Origin: Sporopachydermia quercuum
Taxonomy: Eukaryota
Assembly (NCBI GenBank): GCA_001599295.1
Contig: BCGN01000002.1
Location: 1,736,001 to 1,800,000, forward strand
Length of the DNA stretch: 64,000 nucleotides
Reading direction: 5' to 3'
Part shown: in pieces, positions 1 through 10,806 of the stretch
Layout of the letters: each line of letters opens with the position of its first letter
Position numbering within the stretch: the first letter of the stretch is position 1
Notes under the pieces: model-generated
What the model was told of the DNA's origin: nothing
Databases searched by the model: none
What the model saw: only the letters and a program-made list of their open reading frames with translations
Made by a program: the position numbers and the translations under genes

Positions 1-301
1 TGAGGTTATCATTTCTAAAGAAGAGTAACACTTTTAATTAAGATGAATAGATTAATCGGTAAGGGGTAATAATATGCTCGATAAACGGAATGGGTGGTTA
101 TTCTTGAGATTAGTTATTATGATAAATTTCATGAATAGGTTGAAATATTCTACAAACGGTCTACACACAATGAGCGCGATTAGTTATTTTACCAGATATT
201 TCACCAGCATAAAGCATGATATTGTGAATTGATCCTGCAAACCAACTATAGAATTAAAGGGTCAGAGGTAAATGATGTTCTCAACTCTTAGATGTTCATA
301 A

Positions 302-1234
302 TCAAAATTCAACTGACCAAGTCCAAAGAGATTGAGATGGATTGACCCATTCCCTTTCATTACCATCAGGACTTTGGAAGTTCATTCCATAACCTTTGGC
401 GATAATCAACGAAATTGGGAAGTATATGTCTTCATAGGTATAATTACCTTTCTTTTCTTTAAGCATAACTTTTGCTTGCGTAGCTGCCTCATCGAAATCC
501 TGAAGGTTTCTTTTCAGCTTAATGCCGTTGGATTTTTCGTATCTTTCAACAACATCGTTGATAGTTACTAACTTACTCCAGAATCTTACAACATTTGGAA
601 TTTCATTGAGTGGGTGGCTGACAACGGAAGCAACAGCTTTGCCAATATCTTCCTGAGATGTAATAGCAACCAATTGATTGCCACCAGTACTTCCATCATC
701 ATCAGGTCCGGATGTATAGATAGTAGATGTGCCTTCAGCAGTATTGACACCAAACATACTTGGATCTTTATAAACGAAATCATCATGAGCGATGACACCA
801 TTGGCAATTCTGATCACTTGAAGTCCTAATTTTTCCGTTTCACCTCTTTGATATTCTTTAATATCATAGAAGGAGTAAAGCTCCTTATCAGAGATACGAT
901 CTTCATCAGCAGCATATTCCGATGTCACGAATCCTTTCACGCCTGCTCTAGCAGCAGCTTCGGCCAGCTTTAAATGATCAACTGTGTCTCCTGTACAGTC
1001 AATCAAAACATCAGCACCTTTGAACGCTTTCACAAGAGCTTCTTCATCTTGATCATTTGCTGCAAAATAGTGAACTGAATCATTGCTTTTCAAACCAGTA
1101 ATATCACGTTTTATAGCATGAATTGGCAAAGTGAAGTTGTCCTTAAATGTGTCAGAAATCAAAGCCTCAAGGGCATAGTTTCCTATATATCCAGAAAGTC
1201 CAATGATGGCAATTGTAGGCTTATAAGCTGACAT
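302..1234 (-). CDS. NmrA-like / isoflavone-reductase-family NAD(P)-binding protein (CIP1-like)
   Basis: 310-aa ORF; N-terminal Rossmann motif IAIIGLSGYIG, AFKGADVLID, AARAGVKGFVTSEY and TSQEDIGKAVA are typical of NmrA/IFR atypical SDRs. Confidence 0.8.
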   Translation of the reverse strand: MSAYKPTIAIIGLSGYIGNYALEALISDTFKDNFTLPIHAIKRDITGLKSNDSVHYFAANDQDEEALVKAFKGADVLIDCTGDTVDHLKLAEAAARAGVKGFVTSEYAADEDRISDKELYSFYDIKEYQRGETEKLGLQVIRIANGVIAHDDFVYKDPSMFGVNTAEGTSTIYTSGPDDDGSTGGNQLVAITSQEDIGKAVASVVSHPLNEIPNVVRFWSKLVTINDVVERYEKSNGIKLKRNLQDFDEAATQAKVMLKEKKGNYTYEDIYFPISLIIAKGYGMNFQSPDGNEREWVNPSQSLWTWSVEF

Positions 1235-2384
1235 TCTTATATACTATGTGGTTTTTCAGTTTAATATGTTTGATATAATGGGGTCTGTTTAGGTTTTCTT
1301 GAAAATGGCGATTGCGGAATACTTTCTCTTCTCCAGAATCCAATGTATAAATTTTCAACTTCAATTAAACTGAGAATATGGCTTTGAATAAGCATTATTA
1401 ATCGTTTTGAGATTCTGTTGTCATAAAAGATACATTTATTGTTCTCCTAGAGCCTTCATACTTAATAAATAGTGTATCGCCACGATATTCTATTCTGAGT
1501 ATTTTCACAGGTTTAGTATTATCAATGGGTGCTATGATATCAATTCATACGAACAGCTCTCATCGGATTGAGGTTGATAACAGTATTATCGGTATACTTT
1601 TTCCATTTATGACAATCGCTGATTAATTGCAGTTTGTGCATTAAACTCTAATTGGGCAAACAAATGAAATACCTTTGTTGTCTGACAATTGACAATAAAT
1701 AAATCAAGATCTACGGGATTAAAATATTAATAAAAGAATTATTGTCTGAAACATATAATATGATAATGATAGTTGTGAGTGCAACCCATAGCTGTTTTTT
1801 ATTCCTTCAGAGTTTTTTTTAAGCGTATGTTAAAGAATGCTTAGAGTAGGCGACGAGTAAAATAGAGTACATCAAAGTAGTTACTCTATTTTCATTGTGT
1901 TACAAGGTCGAATTCTAGAATCATGACAAGAGGACAGCTTAATGGGATTGAATATTTTGAGAACATTTTTACGCCTTTGTATGGACGTTTGGTATATTCA
2001 ATAGTAGATTTGCTCTCATGTCTCTAGGGAGCCTTTCTAAGTAGTTCATAATCAATCGGATAACCTTCGAGCTGAATCTAATTGTCCATAGAACTTACAC
2101 AATTTATCACGTGATATAAACGGGACATACAACTCTCGGACAACATTGTGTATGCATAACTCGCATATACTTGCATTGTTTTTGTATAAAATCGGGAATT
2201 CGTTTTTATCCAATAAAGCATCACTAACGAAGTAAGATTCTGGAGAAGTACTATGCGATGATAATGTTCTATGTTCAAGATACTGCCATTCATAGGAATT
2301 TATCGTTTACAGGGTTATTGTAAAACGACTGAGAAGAATTCTATCTGATAAGGAATTATTTGGTGTTAGTTTAGATAGTTCAAG

Positions 2385-2750
2385 ATGAGAAGCACTATTG
2401 CTGCCTTTGCAAAGTATACGCCAATGATCAAGTTCGTTGGCAAGAGAAGACCAAGTATGATATTTTTAAAGTGCTATTGTTCATATAGTGAAGTTTTTAC
2501 GTCAAGAATATTGACTAACGAGTAGCTAGGTCATATTGATAACTCTGTGAGACCACATCCAGAAGCCCCTGGTGGTTTATTGCCAACACCTGTTGTTGCT
2601 GGATCTGCATCGGTTGCTAGCGGTTCCATAGAACCAAAAGAAGGTGAATATTTCTCGATTGCCGACTTACCAGCTAGATTCCATTATAGAAGTATCGAAC
2701 CAACAGAGATTGATGATATAAATATGGGTGGAGCTGAAGTTATCTTCTAG
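2385..2750 (+). CDS. YMR31: Kgd4/Ymr31 (MRPS36 family), alpha-ketoglutarate dehydrogenase adaptor subunit; 2 exons
   Basis: Exons 2385-2454 (MRSTIAAFAKYTPMIKFVGKRRP) and 2530-2750 (..RPHPEAP..EGEYFSIADLPARFHY..EIDDINMGGA). Intron 2455-2529: GTATGA..GACTAAC..TAG. Adjacent to PRE4 as in S. cerevisiae. Confidence 0.9.
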
Positions 2751-2940
2751 ATCTCTTGGAAGTTGACTGGAATCAAAAAGAGAGCGAAACAGTCATCAGT
2801 TTGAAGCTTATCAACTTGCATAAGATCTTGATCGAAGAAAGATATGATGTGAAAAGAATTTGCTAATGTTTTTAGGTGTATGTCTAAATATGTATTCCAT
2901 CTATCGGCATTTTATTTATTTATTGCAATTTATTTATTTA

Positions 2941-3100
2941 TCTACTTAGTTTTTCGTTTACGCTCTGACCTATGGAGAGCCAAGTGCCTCGGACCAAACG
3001 GAGGTTGTAGATCTTTGAGTGTTTTGACTTGCTTCCACTTATACTCATAAGATATGACTCTGCGTGAGTATCCGAAGTCAACATGCTTCATATTCTCTTC
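2941..3100 (-). ncRNA. Candidate structured RNA (H/ACA-snoRNA-like hairpins); unverified
   Basis: Hairpin 3081-3024 with two 7-bp stems and an internal loop, followed by ACA (3022-3020); ANANNA at 3098-3093; second hairpin 3011-2941. Strand is uncertain. Confidence 0.3.
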
Positions 3101-3510
3101 AATTCCATTAAATTTATTGGTGAACTTTACCATTATTTAGAATTGTTGCTTGCCATCATCATCACATCACAAGCCCCTACTTTCAGTATGTCTTCATTAT
3201 CACCCCCTACTTTTTTCTTAAAAACACCCTGACACCAGGTCTCAGTATGTATTGAATGAGCACATCCGTTTACAAAGAACATGAAGAGACACAATGTTAG
3301 TTGTTTGAGCTCAAAAGTATTGGCAAACCTCAAANGCTTTAAACGCCACATTAAGTATCAACTATCTACCCATCTAGCAATTATTTTTACAATTGCTGCT
3401 TATATTGCTATTAAAGAGGATTGATTCACTACCAGCAATTGGATATCTTGAGGTATATATAATTATTAGATCACTATAATTAGAAACGAAAGCTGGTTTG
3501 ATCAGAAAAA

Positions 3511-4528
3511 ATGAATCATAATCCAGTGAATTGGGGTCGACCCCGAGATGATGTCTACGGTCATTATTCTCACGAAATAGCTAATGCACCAAGTATTGAA
3601 TCACATCATGCTATGCCTAAGATGGCAACGCAAAATCCAATTGTTACAGGAACAAGTGTTATAGCAATCAAATTCAATAAGGGTGTTATTATTGCTGCTG
3701 ATAATTTGGGTATGTTTTATTGATGATACAACTATTGATTGTCACCCAATCATGATTAAAGGACTTCACAAAGGTCCACTATTTCTCGATAAAGAACAGC
3801 TCAGTTACATACGACGGAGGTGTTGTATATGGTGATGATGTTTACTAACTAAATTTTAGCATCTTATGGCTCATTGGCACGATTCACTGATCAAGAAAGA
3901 CTCTTGACTGTTGGAGATAATACAGTAGTAGGTTTAAGTGGAGACATATCAGATTTGCAATACATCAAGAGAATCTTAGAGGAGCTCGAGTAAGTGTTTT
4001 TCCACCTTTTATTGTTTACGAAACTCTTTTGAAATTGTCTCTAACTGTTTATCTAGAATTGAGAACGATAATGAAGATGATGGACATAAATTAAGGAGTT
4101 CACATATTTATACTTATCTGTCAAGAGTAATGTATCAACGCCGAAGCAAAATGAATCCACTTTGGAACGCAATTTTGGTTGCAGGTGTAGAGGGGGATAA
4201 ACCTTTCTTATCTTATGTTGATCTTCTAGGGGTTACATATTCTGCACCTACCCTTGCTACAGGATTCGGTTCATATTTGGCCATTCCCTTGCTGCGGAAA
4301 GCTGTAGCTAACGATGGGGACGAAGAGAATTTAGCTGAAGAAGAAGCCAGAAAAGTAATTGATGAATGTATGAAAGTCCTATTTTATCGCGATGCTAGAA
4401 GTTTAGATAAATACAGTGTGGCAACCATCACCAGCGAAGGGGTGAGACTTGAGCAAGGATTGAAATGTGAAGGTACCAACTGGGCCTTTGCAAAGGAAAT
4501 CAAGGGATACGGAATCCAAAACGTTTAA
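3511..4528 (+). CDS. PRE4: 20S proteasome subunit beta 7; 3 exons
   Basis: Exons 3511-3709, 3860-3989, 4057-4528. Introns GTATGT..TACTAAC..TAG and GTAAGT..CTCTAAC..TAG. Motifs [49 protein letters not shown]. Confidence 0.97.
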
Positions 4529-5893
4529 ACTTCTATTATTTCAAGTTATTAGATCTTTGATTCAACGTTATTCTTTTATTTTGACAGTGGAATCATCGGT
4601 ATTAACCGCTCAAATCATATCACTGACTTCATAAACACATTATACATTATTTCGCTTAGGTTTTCTTGAGCAGTCAATTGTTCTTTTCAACATTTTCTTT
4701 TTCCGGTTAGAACAATCAGGACTGATGAAAATAACGACATTACTAATACCAGTCAGGTTCTATTAATATTGTAGTGAAAATGTGTAGAATTTGTTTTACT
4801 GTATGTATTGAAATAGATTTCTAATTAAGGTTTAGATATCGACTGCAACTCGCTTAAAGTTGAAATCTTATTTTGACAATTGGTCTTACCTCATTCAAAT
4901 AAACAGTACCCTCTCTTGAGTTGAGCTTATCTTATGATAATTCTATATGTTTCAACCCACAGATATATACAATGTAAACTTGTTGAACACTCAACCTTAA
5001 ACGACTTTGAAAAAATTTTATCGAATTATTCACCTCCCTAAACATGCCAAATACATCATTATTGCATTGCAAGCCCACATAATTAGCATTCGGCAGTTGC
5101 GTTTAAAAGTTTAGGATTAAAGTTTAGATATAGTATCATTATAGGGAAAGCTTCCATAATTTACGTAGAAGCTTTCCTAGTTGTTGGGTGATACCACGAA
5201 GAATGAATAAGAACAAAAACTTATACTGGTAAAGAATTAAGACTGTCTTGATAGTTTGATGAATGCTCTTCAATATTATATCAACTGTTTTGGATTGTCT
5301 CTATACGCAAGCTGTTGCAGCCCAGTTACCTATATCAAAACATATTTCTTTGCTTAGATTAAGCATACAAAATATGCATAGCCATTCTTCCATGCATACA
5401 CAGCCTAAGTTTCTAGCGTCTACTAGTGTGATAGAATATCAAATCTGTTCGTAACCTTTGCAATACCGCGGCAGAACAAACTAATATCCCCAACTTGCCG
5501 ACTAGATAACCGTATAACAAGAATAACTATTACATCAATAACTACAGAATAATCAATTGCTATAGCACAATATTAAGTCTTTCAATATTTATCTTTTAAC
5601 GATTGGCTTTTCACACTCTTGAATCAACGGTCGCTCAAACAAACTCTCGAATACAATCTGTACCTTCATGTATAACTTTATTTTGCAACCATCTAGGTTT
5701 CATCGATTATCTTCCTATTCTTGCGCGGCATATCTAAAGCTTGTTCCCAATCTATCATCACTTCTTTGAGTATTTATCTCCTATTGTCTGGCAGCTAATA
5801 GTATCTTATCAAACTCCCAATGTATTGTAGTATCAATTTAGCAACTGAACTTATTTTCTGCTGTATTATCGAATATACTGTGCGTTTGAACCT

Positions 5894-5986
5894 ATGAGAC
5901 AAAGCCAGATTAACAAGAAGAGATACGATACAAGATCACTCATCTCTTTTTATAGAGATAGAATGAATAGACGGCATAATAATTGA
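5894..5986 (+). promoter_or_regulatory. Possible upstream ORF (30 aa, Arg/Lys-rich) ahead of PDE1
   Basis: ATG 5894 to TGA 5984-5986, MRQSQINKKRYDTRSLISFYRDRMNRRHNN; whether it lies inside the transcript is unknown. Confidence 0.3.
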
Positions 5987-6269
5987 CAGAAGTTTATTCG
6001 CGTAAACTCAGCAAATTCTCTAAGATTGAAATCGCTGCATTTCAAAGACCAAATTTGCAAATCCTTTTATTTTTGAGAGTCATCTCAAGCTTGAGCAATC
6101 TCCATAGGTCCATCTGATAACATCTAACAAACATCCTACTAAGAGAGAATTCTGGATCCAGTCTTCCAATAAAATTTCAAAGTACCAATATAAGTTCTGT
6201 CTAGAAAAGACCTTTCAACTTGATTGTTCATCAAGTTTTCACCATTGAAGTAGATCACAGGAATTCAAA

Positions 6270-7457
6270 TTGTCAACGTTTCAAGTAATTATACTAGGGT
6301 GCTCTGGCGGTCCCCTAGATGGTGTAAACTCGTCATATCTTGTTAAATCATGTAATTCAGGCTGGGAACCAAACTGTTTGGTGGGAATTGATGGTGGGAC
6401 TGGATTGAGGTCAATTGCTGATATTCTATCAAAATGTGAACAGAGTGAGACAAGTCAATCATTTCCGAATGATTTATTCACCAGGACCATCTACGAGAAT
6501 CAGTCATTGGCAGTTAAAGCAAATTATATATTCCAAAATCTTATCTCTTGTTTCTGTATAACTCATGCACACCTGGACCACATATCAGGTCTCGTGATTA
6601 ACTCAGCAGGAATGACGGGTTTTTCGCCAGTAAAAAAGATATTTGGGCTGAAAAGTTGTATCAATGCTATAAAAGAGAATATATTCAACGGAATAATATG
6701 GCCTAACCTGACAACTGAAGGCACGTTACCAATGGGATTCTATGATTTACAACGTATTAATAAATTGCACACATACTTCCCTGTTGCTTCCCAACTAGAC
6801 TGCGCAGCATTTGAAATATCGCATGGTGATGCTTGGCCTATGGAATCAAGACCGCTATTGGCTCAACAGCTTGAATTATGCAAATTGAATCCTATTGACC
6901 TAATACCAAAGGAGTTGGCTCAAGAATATTTACCGAAATCATACGAATCTACAGGCTATGTTATACAAGAAAGGATATCTAAGAGGCATCTAATATTTTT
7001 TGGTGATGTCGAACCCGATTCATTATCATTACAACCTCGTTCACATATATTATGGTCTTATGCGGCAGAGTTAGTTGTTCAAGGATCATTATCAGCTGTA
7101 TTTATTGAATGTTCTCATACGCCTGAGTATAAAGATTCAGAGTTATACGGGCATTTATCACCACGACACTTGATTAGAGAATTATGTACGCTACGTCAGA
7201 AGGTAAAAGAAAAGAAGGAATTGATAGTTAGGAACGGGAAAAATAAGGATATGGATGTTGACACTGTAGATATCTTGAGGGAAATCAAAATTATTATAAA
7301 TCATGTTAAGGATAGTCTGGAGATAGTTGATCCAGCAACGGAAAATGGTAGAGGGCATAGCGATATTATATTAGCAACATTAAGGCAAGAATCAGAGAAA
7401 GAGAGGCTAGGGTGCTCATTTGAATGTATCTTTCCTGGTACATCAATTTATTTGTGA
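6270..7457 (+). CDS. PDE1: Low-affinity (class II) cAMP phosphodiesterase; start is TTG or otherwise unresolved
   Basis: FQVIILGCSGGP N-terminus, DGGTG, ITHAHLDHISGLVINS signature, IFNGIIWPNL, FFGDVEPDS, IECS, LYGHLSP, HVKD; no in-frame ATG before 6612. Confidence 0.92.
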   Translation: MSTFQVIILGCSGGPLDGVNSSYLVKSCNSGWEPNCLVGIDGGTGLRSIADILSKCEQSETSQSFPNDLFTRTIYENQSLAVKANYIFQNLISCFCITHAHLDHISGLVINSAGMTGFSPVKKIFGLKSCINAIKENIFNGIIWPNLTTEGTLPMGFYDLQRINKLHTYFPVASQLDCAAFEISHGDAWPMESRPLLAQQLELCKLNPIDLIPKELAQEYLPKSYESTGYVIQERISKRHLIFFGDVEPDSLSLQPRSHILWSYAAELVVQGSLSAVFIECSHTPEYKDSELYGHLSPRHLIRELCTLRQKVKEKKELIVRNGKNKDMDVDTVDILREIKIIINHVKDSLEIVDPATENGRGHSDIILATLRQESEKERLGCSFECIFPGTSIYL

Positions 7458-7735
7458 TGGTGATTTGAGAGATTCCCGCGGTTGCTTATATTGCACCAGA
7501 AAGATATATGCTTCAATGAATAAAAATCATTGAGAGACAACGGTAAAAATACATATATTTTTAATACTAGTAAAACTCTTTCCGTATTTCTTTCTATTCC
7601 GCTATCTGCGCCTACATACTCATATATTTACAGATATGCTAAGGAATCAAAATTCAACTAGTATATATAAATAATGACCATTTTCCACAGCTAAACACAT
7701 CTAACTAAGTAATGAGAAGCCTCAGAAGAACAAAA

Positions 7736-9512
7736 TCAAACAATTAAATATTCATCAGTTGTCAAAGTACCGATCTTTGTAAATACTACAGATTGACTTT
7801 CATCATTAGCTGCAACAACATCACGAATATCAACTTTACCTATACTGGTTAAGATTTCTTTAGCATTGAATCTCACATGCATTGGGAAAAATTCTTCAAC
7901 AGATGATGCTTCACAGGTGAATTGAAAACTACCAGTGGCATTATCTGCGCCAGGGGTGATTTCAGGAATAATCCACTGTAAATGATCTTCGTATTGATTA
8001 TATTCTATATCTTCAGAATCGTCAGAAATCGATAGATTTGTCGTAGGGAGAGGGATCAAGACTTGGACATTCTTTAAGGGTTCAGTGAACCATGAAGCAA
8101 TTTCATATTCGACAGTTACGTCAAAGAATTCATTATCTTCAGGTGATGTCCAAACAGTGAATAAAATTGGAACGATATTATTGGTATCTTTACCAACAAT
8201 TCTCCATCTGAGAACACCAAGTGATTGATCGTTTGATGGAAAAGGTCTTGAAGGATCTTTTAATGCGATAACGTTTTCTTTAGTAAAAGCATTTCTATCG
8301 ACATTAGGATGTGTTTTATATTGAGCACCAATGGATTGTCCTTCAGCGGCAGCAAGAATTCTAATATGTGCTAAATCTGGATCGGCAATTCTTAATTGAA
8401 GATCTCCTTTCACTTCACTTGATTCCACATCACCATCACGAGATATTTTAGCAGAGACTTTTTCAGCAACGGTAATCAATATACCATTATTAGTAGGTTC
8501 ATCAGAACTAGGTTCAGCAACTTCAGCTGGAACATTATTAGTTGTTGAATGAGTGTTTCCAATCGGTTCAATGTTAGAAACAGGGGGTGATAATAATGGA
8601 GCATTATCACTATCATCAATGCCAACTTCTGATCTAGCAGCGGAAAACTTATTAGACTTCTTACCGCCCAGTTGTAAACCTCTATTTTTAGGAGCAGACT
8701 TTTNTCGTGCATTGCCATAAGTATCAGAAAGTTTAGGGGAATCCTCAGAGTAATCAACCGTTGAATAATTACTACTATTATTATCAAGGCTACCACCGGA
8801 TAGCATTGGATTACCACCGTAAGAAGGCTGACTTCCATATCCAGACATTGAAGTTCCTAATCTTGGGTTTTCACTTAAACCTTTTCTGGCTAATTCTCTT
8901 CTTCTAATTTCAGCTTTCTGCATTTCTTTAGCAATTCTCTTTCTTTCTTCTGCGGCCTCTAGTTCCTTATTTCGTTCAATGATCTCTTGAATCTTTTCTT
9001 CGTGAGACTCCATTTCTAAGAATGTTCTGATTTGAGACAACGACAAGTTCTCTCTGTAGCCCAGTGCTAAGATTTCATCAAATGCTTCAATGATTTCGAA
9101 TGCATTATCTAGAACTTCACGTTCATCGACTGATCGAATGATTGAACTAACAGTTTGAGATAATAAATGGAGAGTATCAATATCTTGAAGAATATTTGAT
9201 TGACGGTTTGTGATTAAAACAATGTAGAGCTCTTCCAATGGTTGATATACATAACGGACATGTTCATCTTCTACCGTAGTATGTTGATTACCAGATGTTG
9301 TTAATAATAAGGGGAAAGCTGCTAATAGAGCTGTTACTCTATCCTTTGTTAAATCACGAAATTGTCGTGATAAAATAGCTTTACCGCCACGAGTACATAT
9401 AGATGCAGCAAGAACAACCTAACAATTCATGTTAATATGAAGAACACTTTTAATCTAATCATAAATCAGAAGAGTGTGTGACAAATTGACAAGGAACACG
9501 AAAACATACCAT
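7736..9512 (-). CDS. RET2: Coatomer (COPI) delta subunit; first coding exon is the ATG only
   Basis: ATG 9512-9510; intron 9509-9419 (GTATGT..TATTAAC..TAG); then VVLAASICTRGGKAILSRQF, NRQSNILQDIDTLHL, MESHEEKIQEII, and a C-terminal mu-homology domain (YKTHPNVD, GVLRWR). Confidence 0.96.
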
Positions 9513-10806
9513 TTCAAAGATCCTAATCACACTCTGAACTTAGCGAAGTCTCTACTACCAGTTGGAGGTTAAACAATCACACAACAGGATCAAACTAAAA
9601 ACTTTGTTGCTCGCTAATGTTTTCTTAACTTCAATTGCAGAGTTAGAACACGTCAAATTGCAGCTCAATCACCAGTGAACAACTGATTCAATTCCCCTCG
9701 CAAACCTAAGGTCAACTAATCAATCAATCAAAAAACAGTTTATTAGTGTGATCAATTGAACTCCTAGAAATCATTCAATCTTGGGGTTTTATTTTTTTAT
9801 GAGGTTTCAAACTTTGGTTGGTTATGTCGTTCTGAAAGGGAACATTAAGAATATAGGATTGATGTTGATACGATTGCTTTTCAAATACCAATGAAGCACT
9901 TTGGTTGATTAGTTGGTGGTTCATACACGGTAGCCTTTATGCATGTTAACTTACAAGATGCATTAATTATTATGTAACAATATGTGGAAGTAGCTATAGT
10001 GCATATTTATACATGTAACTTTATTCACGTGAGGGGCTGTTCTGGAGATTGATGGGATTGAGTGTAAGAAAGGTCATTTACTATGTTAACTGATGCTTTT
10101 ATGAAGGAAATTGAACAGTTATTAAGTTACTCATGAGAATGAATAGGTTTATGATTATTTATGAATAAAAANATATTCTGAGAAGAGACTTAGTGGCCTC
10201 AGAGATAAAGGCTGGAAATCTACCGAATCCCCCTTATGCTTATGNATACCTGCTGGTATCTAGTATAACGAGCGTGATGAAAATTACAGTAGCTGGAAAT
10301 AAGTGATAAGAACAACTGATCTTATATATTATATAACTTATGGGATAAAGGTTCATCAATGTATGATGATTATGGGGAGAGGGCTAGTTTGAAATTAATT
10401 GCAATGATTGAGATTCTTTAATATGAACATTGATGTTCGGCAGATAAGTTCTCCTTATTATTANTGGGAACGAAGGTTTATTACTCAGTGTGAACTACTA
10501 CTGTAAACGAGGTGGAAAAATCGAACAGGTGTTTGAATGATGGNATAACTAAAAGACATTGAAGAGAGAGTGGGATGCTTCTGTATCAGTGCGCTATGCA
10601 GTATGAATGCAGGCTATCCAATTTCTGTTATAAAATCGGAGGAACTGAAAGTGTAACAATGTAGATTAACCTAAGCTAGTAGGCGTGAAGTATGAGTTCT
10701 ATCATGATACTATAAGAGCACATAGCTCGTTAACTCTATATAAATACTAATACATCCCTACAAACATAACTAGTTAAGTCTAAATAATTGGAGACAAATC
10801 TGTTGT

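Noticed and set aside
3174..3213. Telomerase RNA template (C-rich unit with terminal direct repeats)
   Set aside because: The 30-nt period and 10-nt overlap are atypical, there is little room between YMR31 and PRE4, and no telomere sequence is available to compare
2942..3351. Two minus-strand ORFs joined by a TAATG stop-start overlap
   Set aside because: No recognisable homology or coding character; such coupling is not expected in yeast nuclear genes
3340..3358. U1 snRNA 5' end (ATACTTA on the minus strand)
   Set aside because: It continues ATGT rather than CCT, so it cannot pair with 5' splice sites
10274..10320. C/D box pair GTGATGA..CTGA
   Set aside because: Only about 45 nt, no terminal stem and no recognisable rRNA guide
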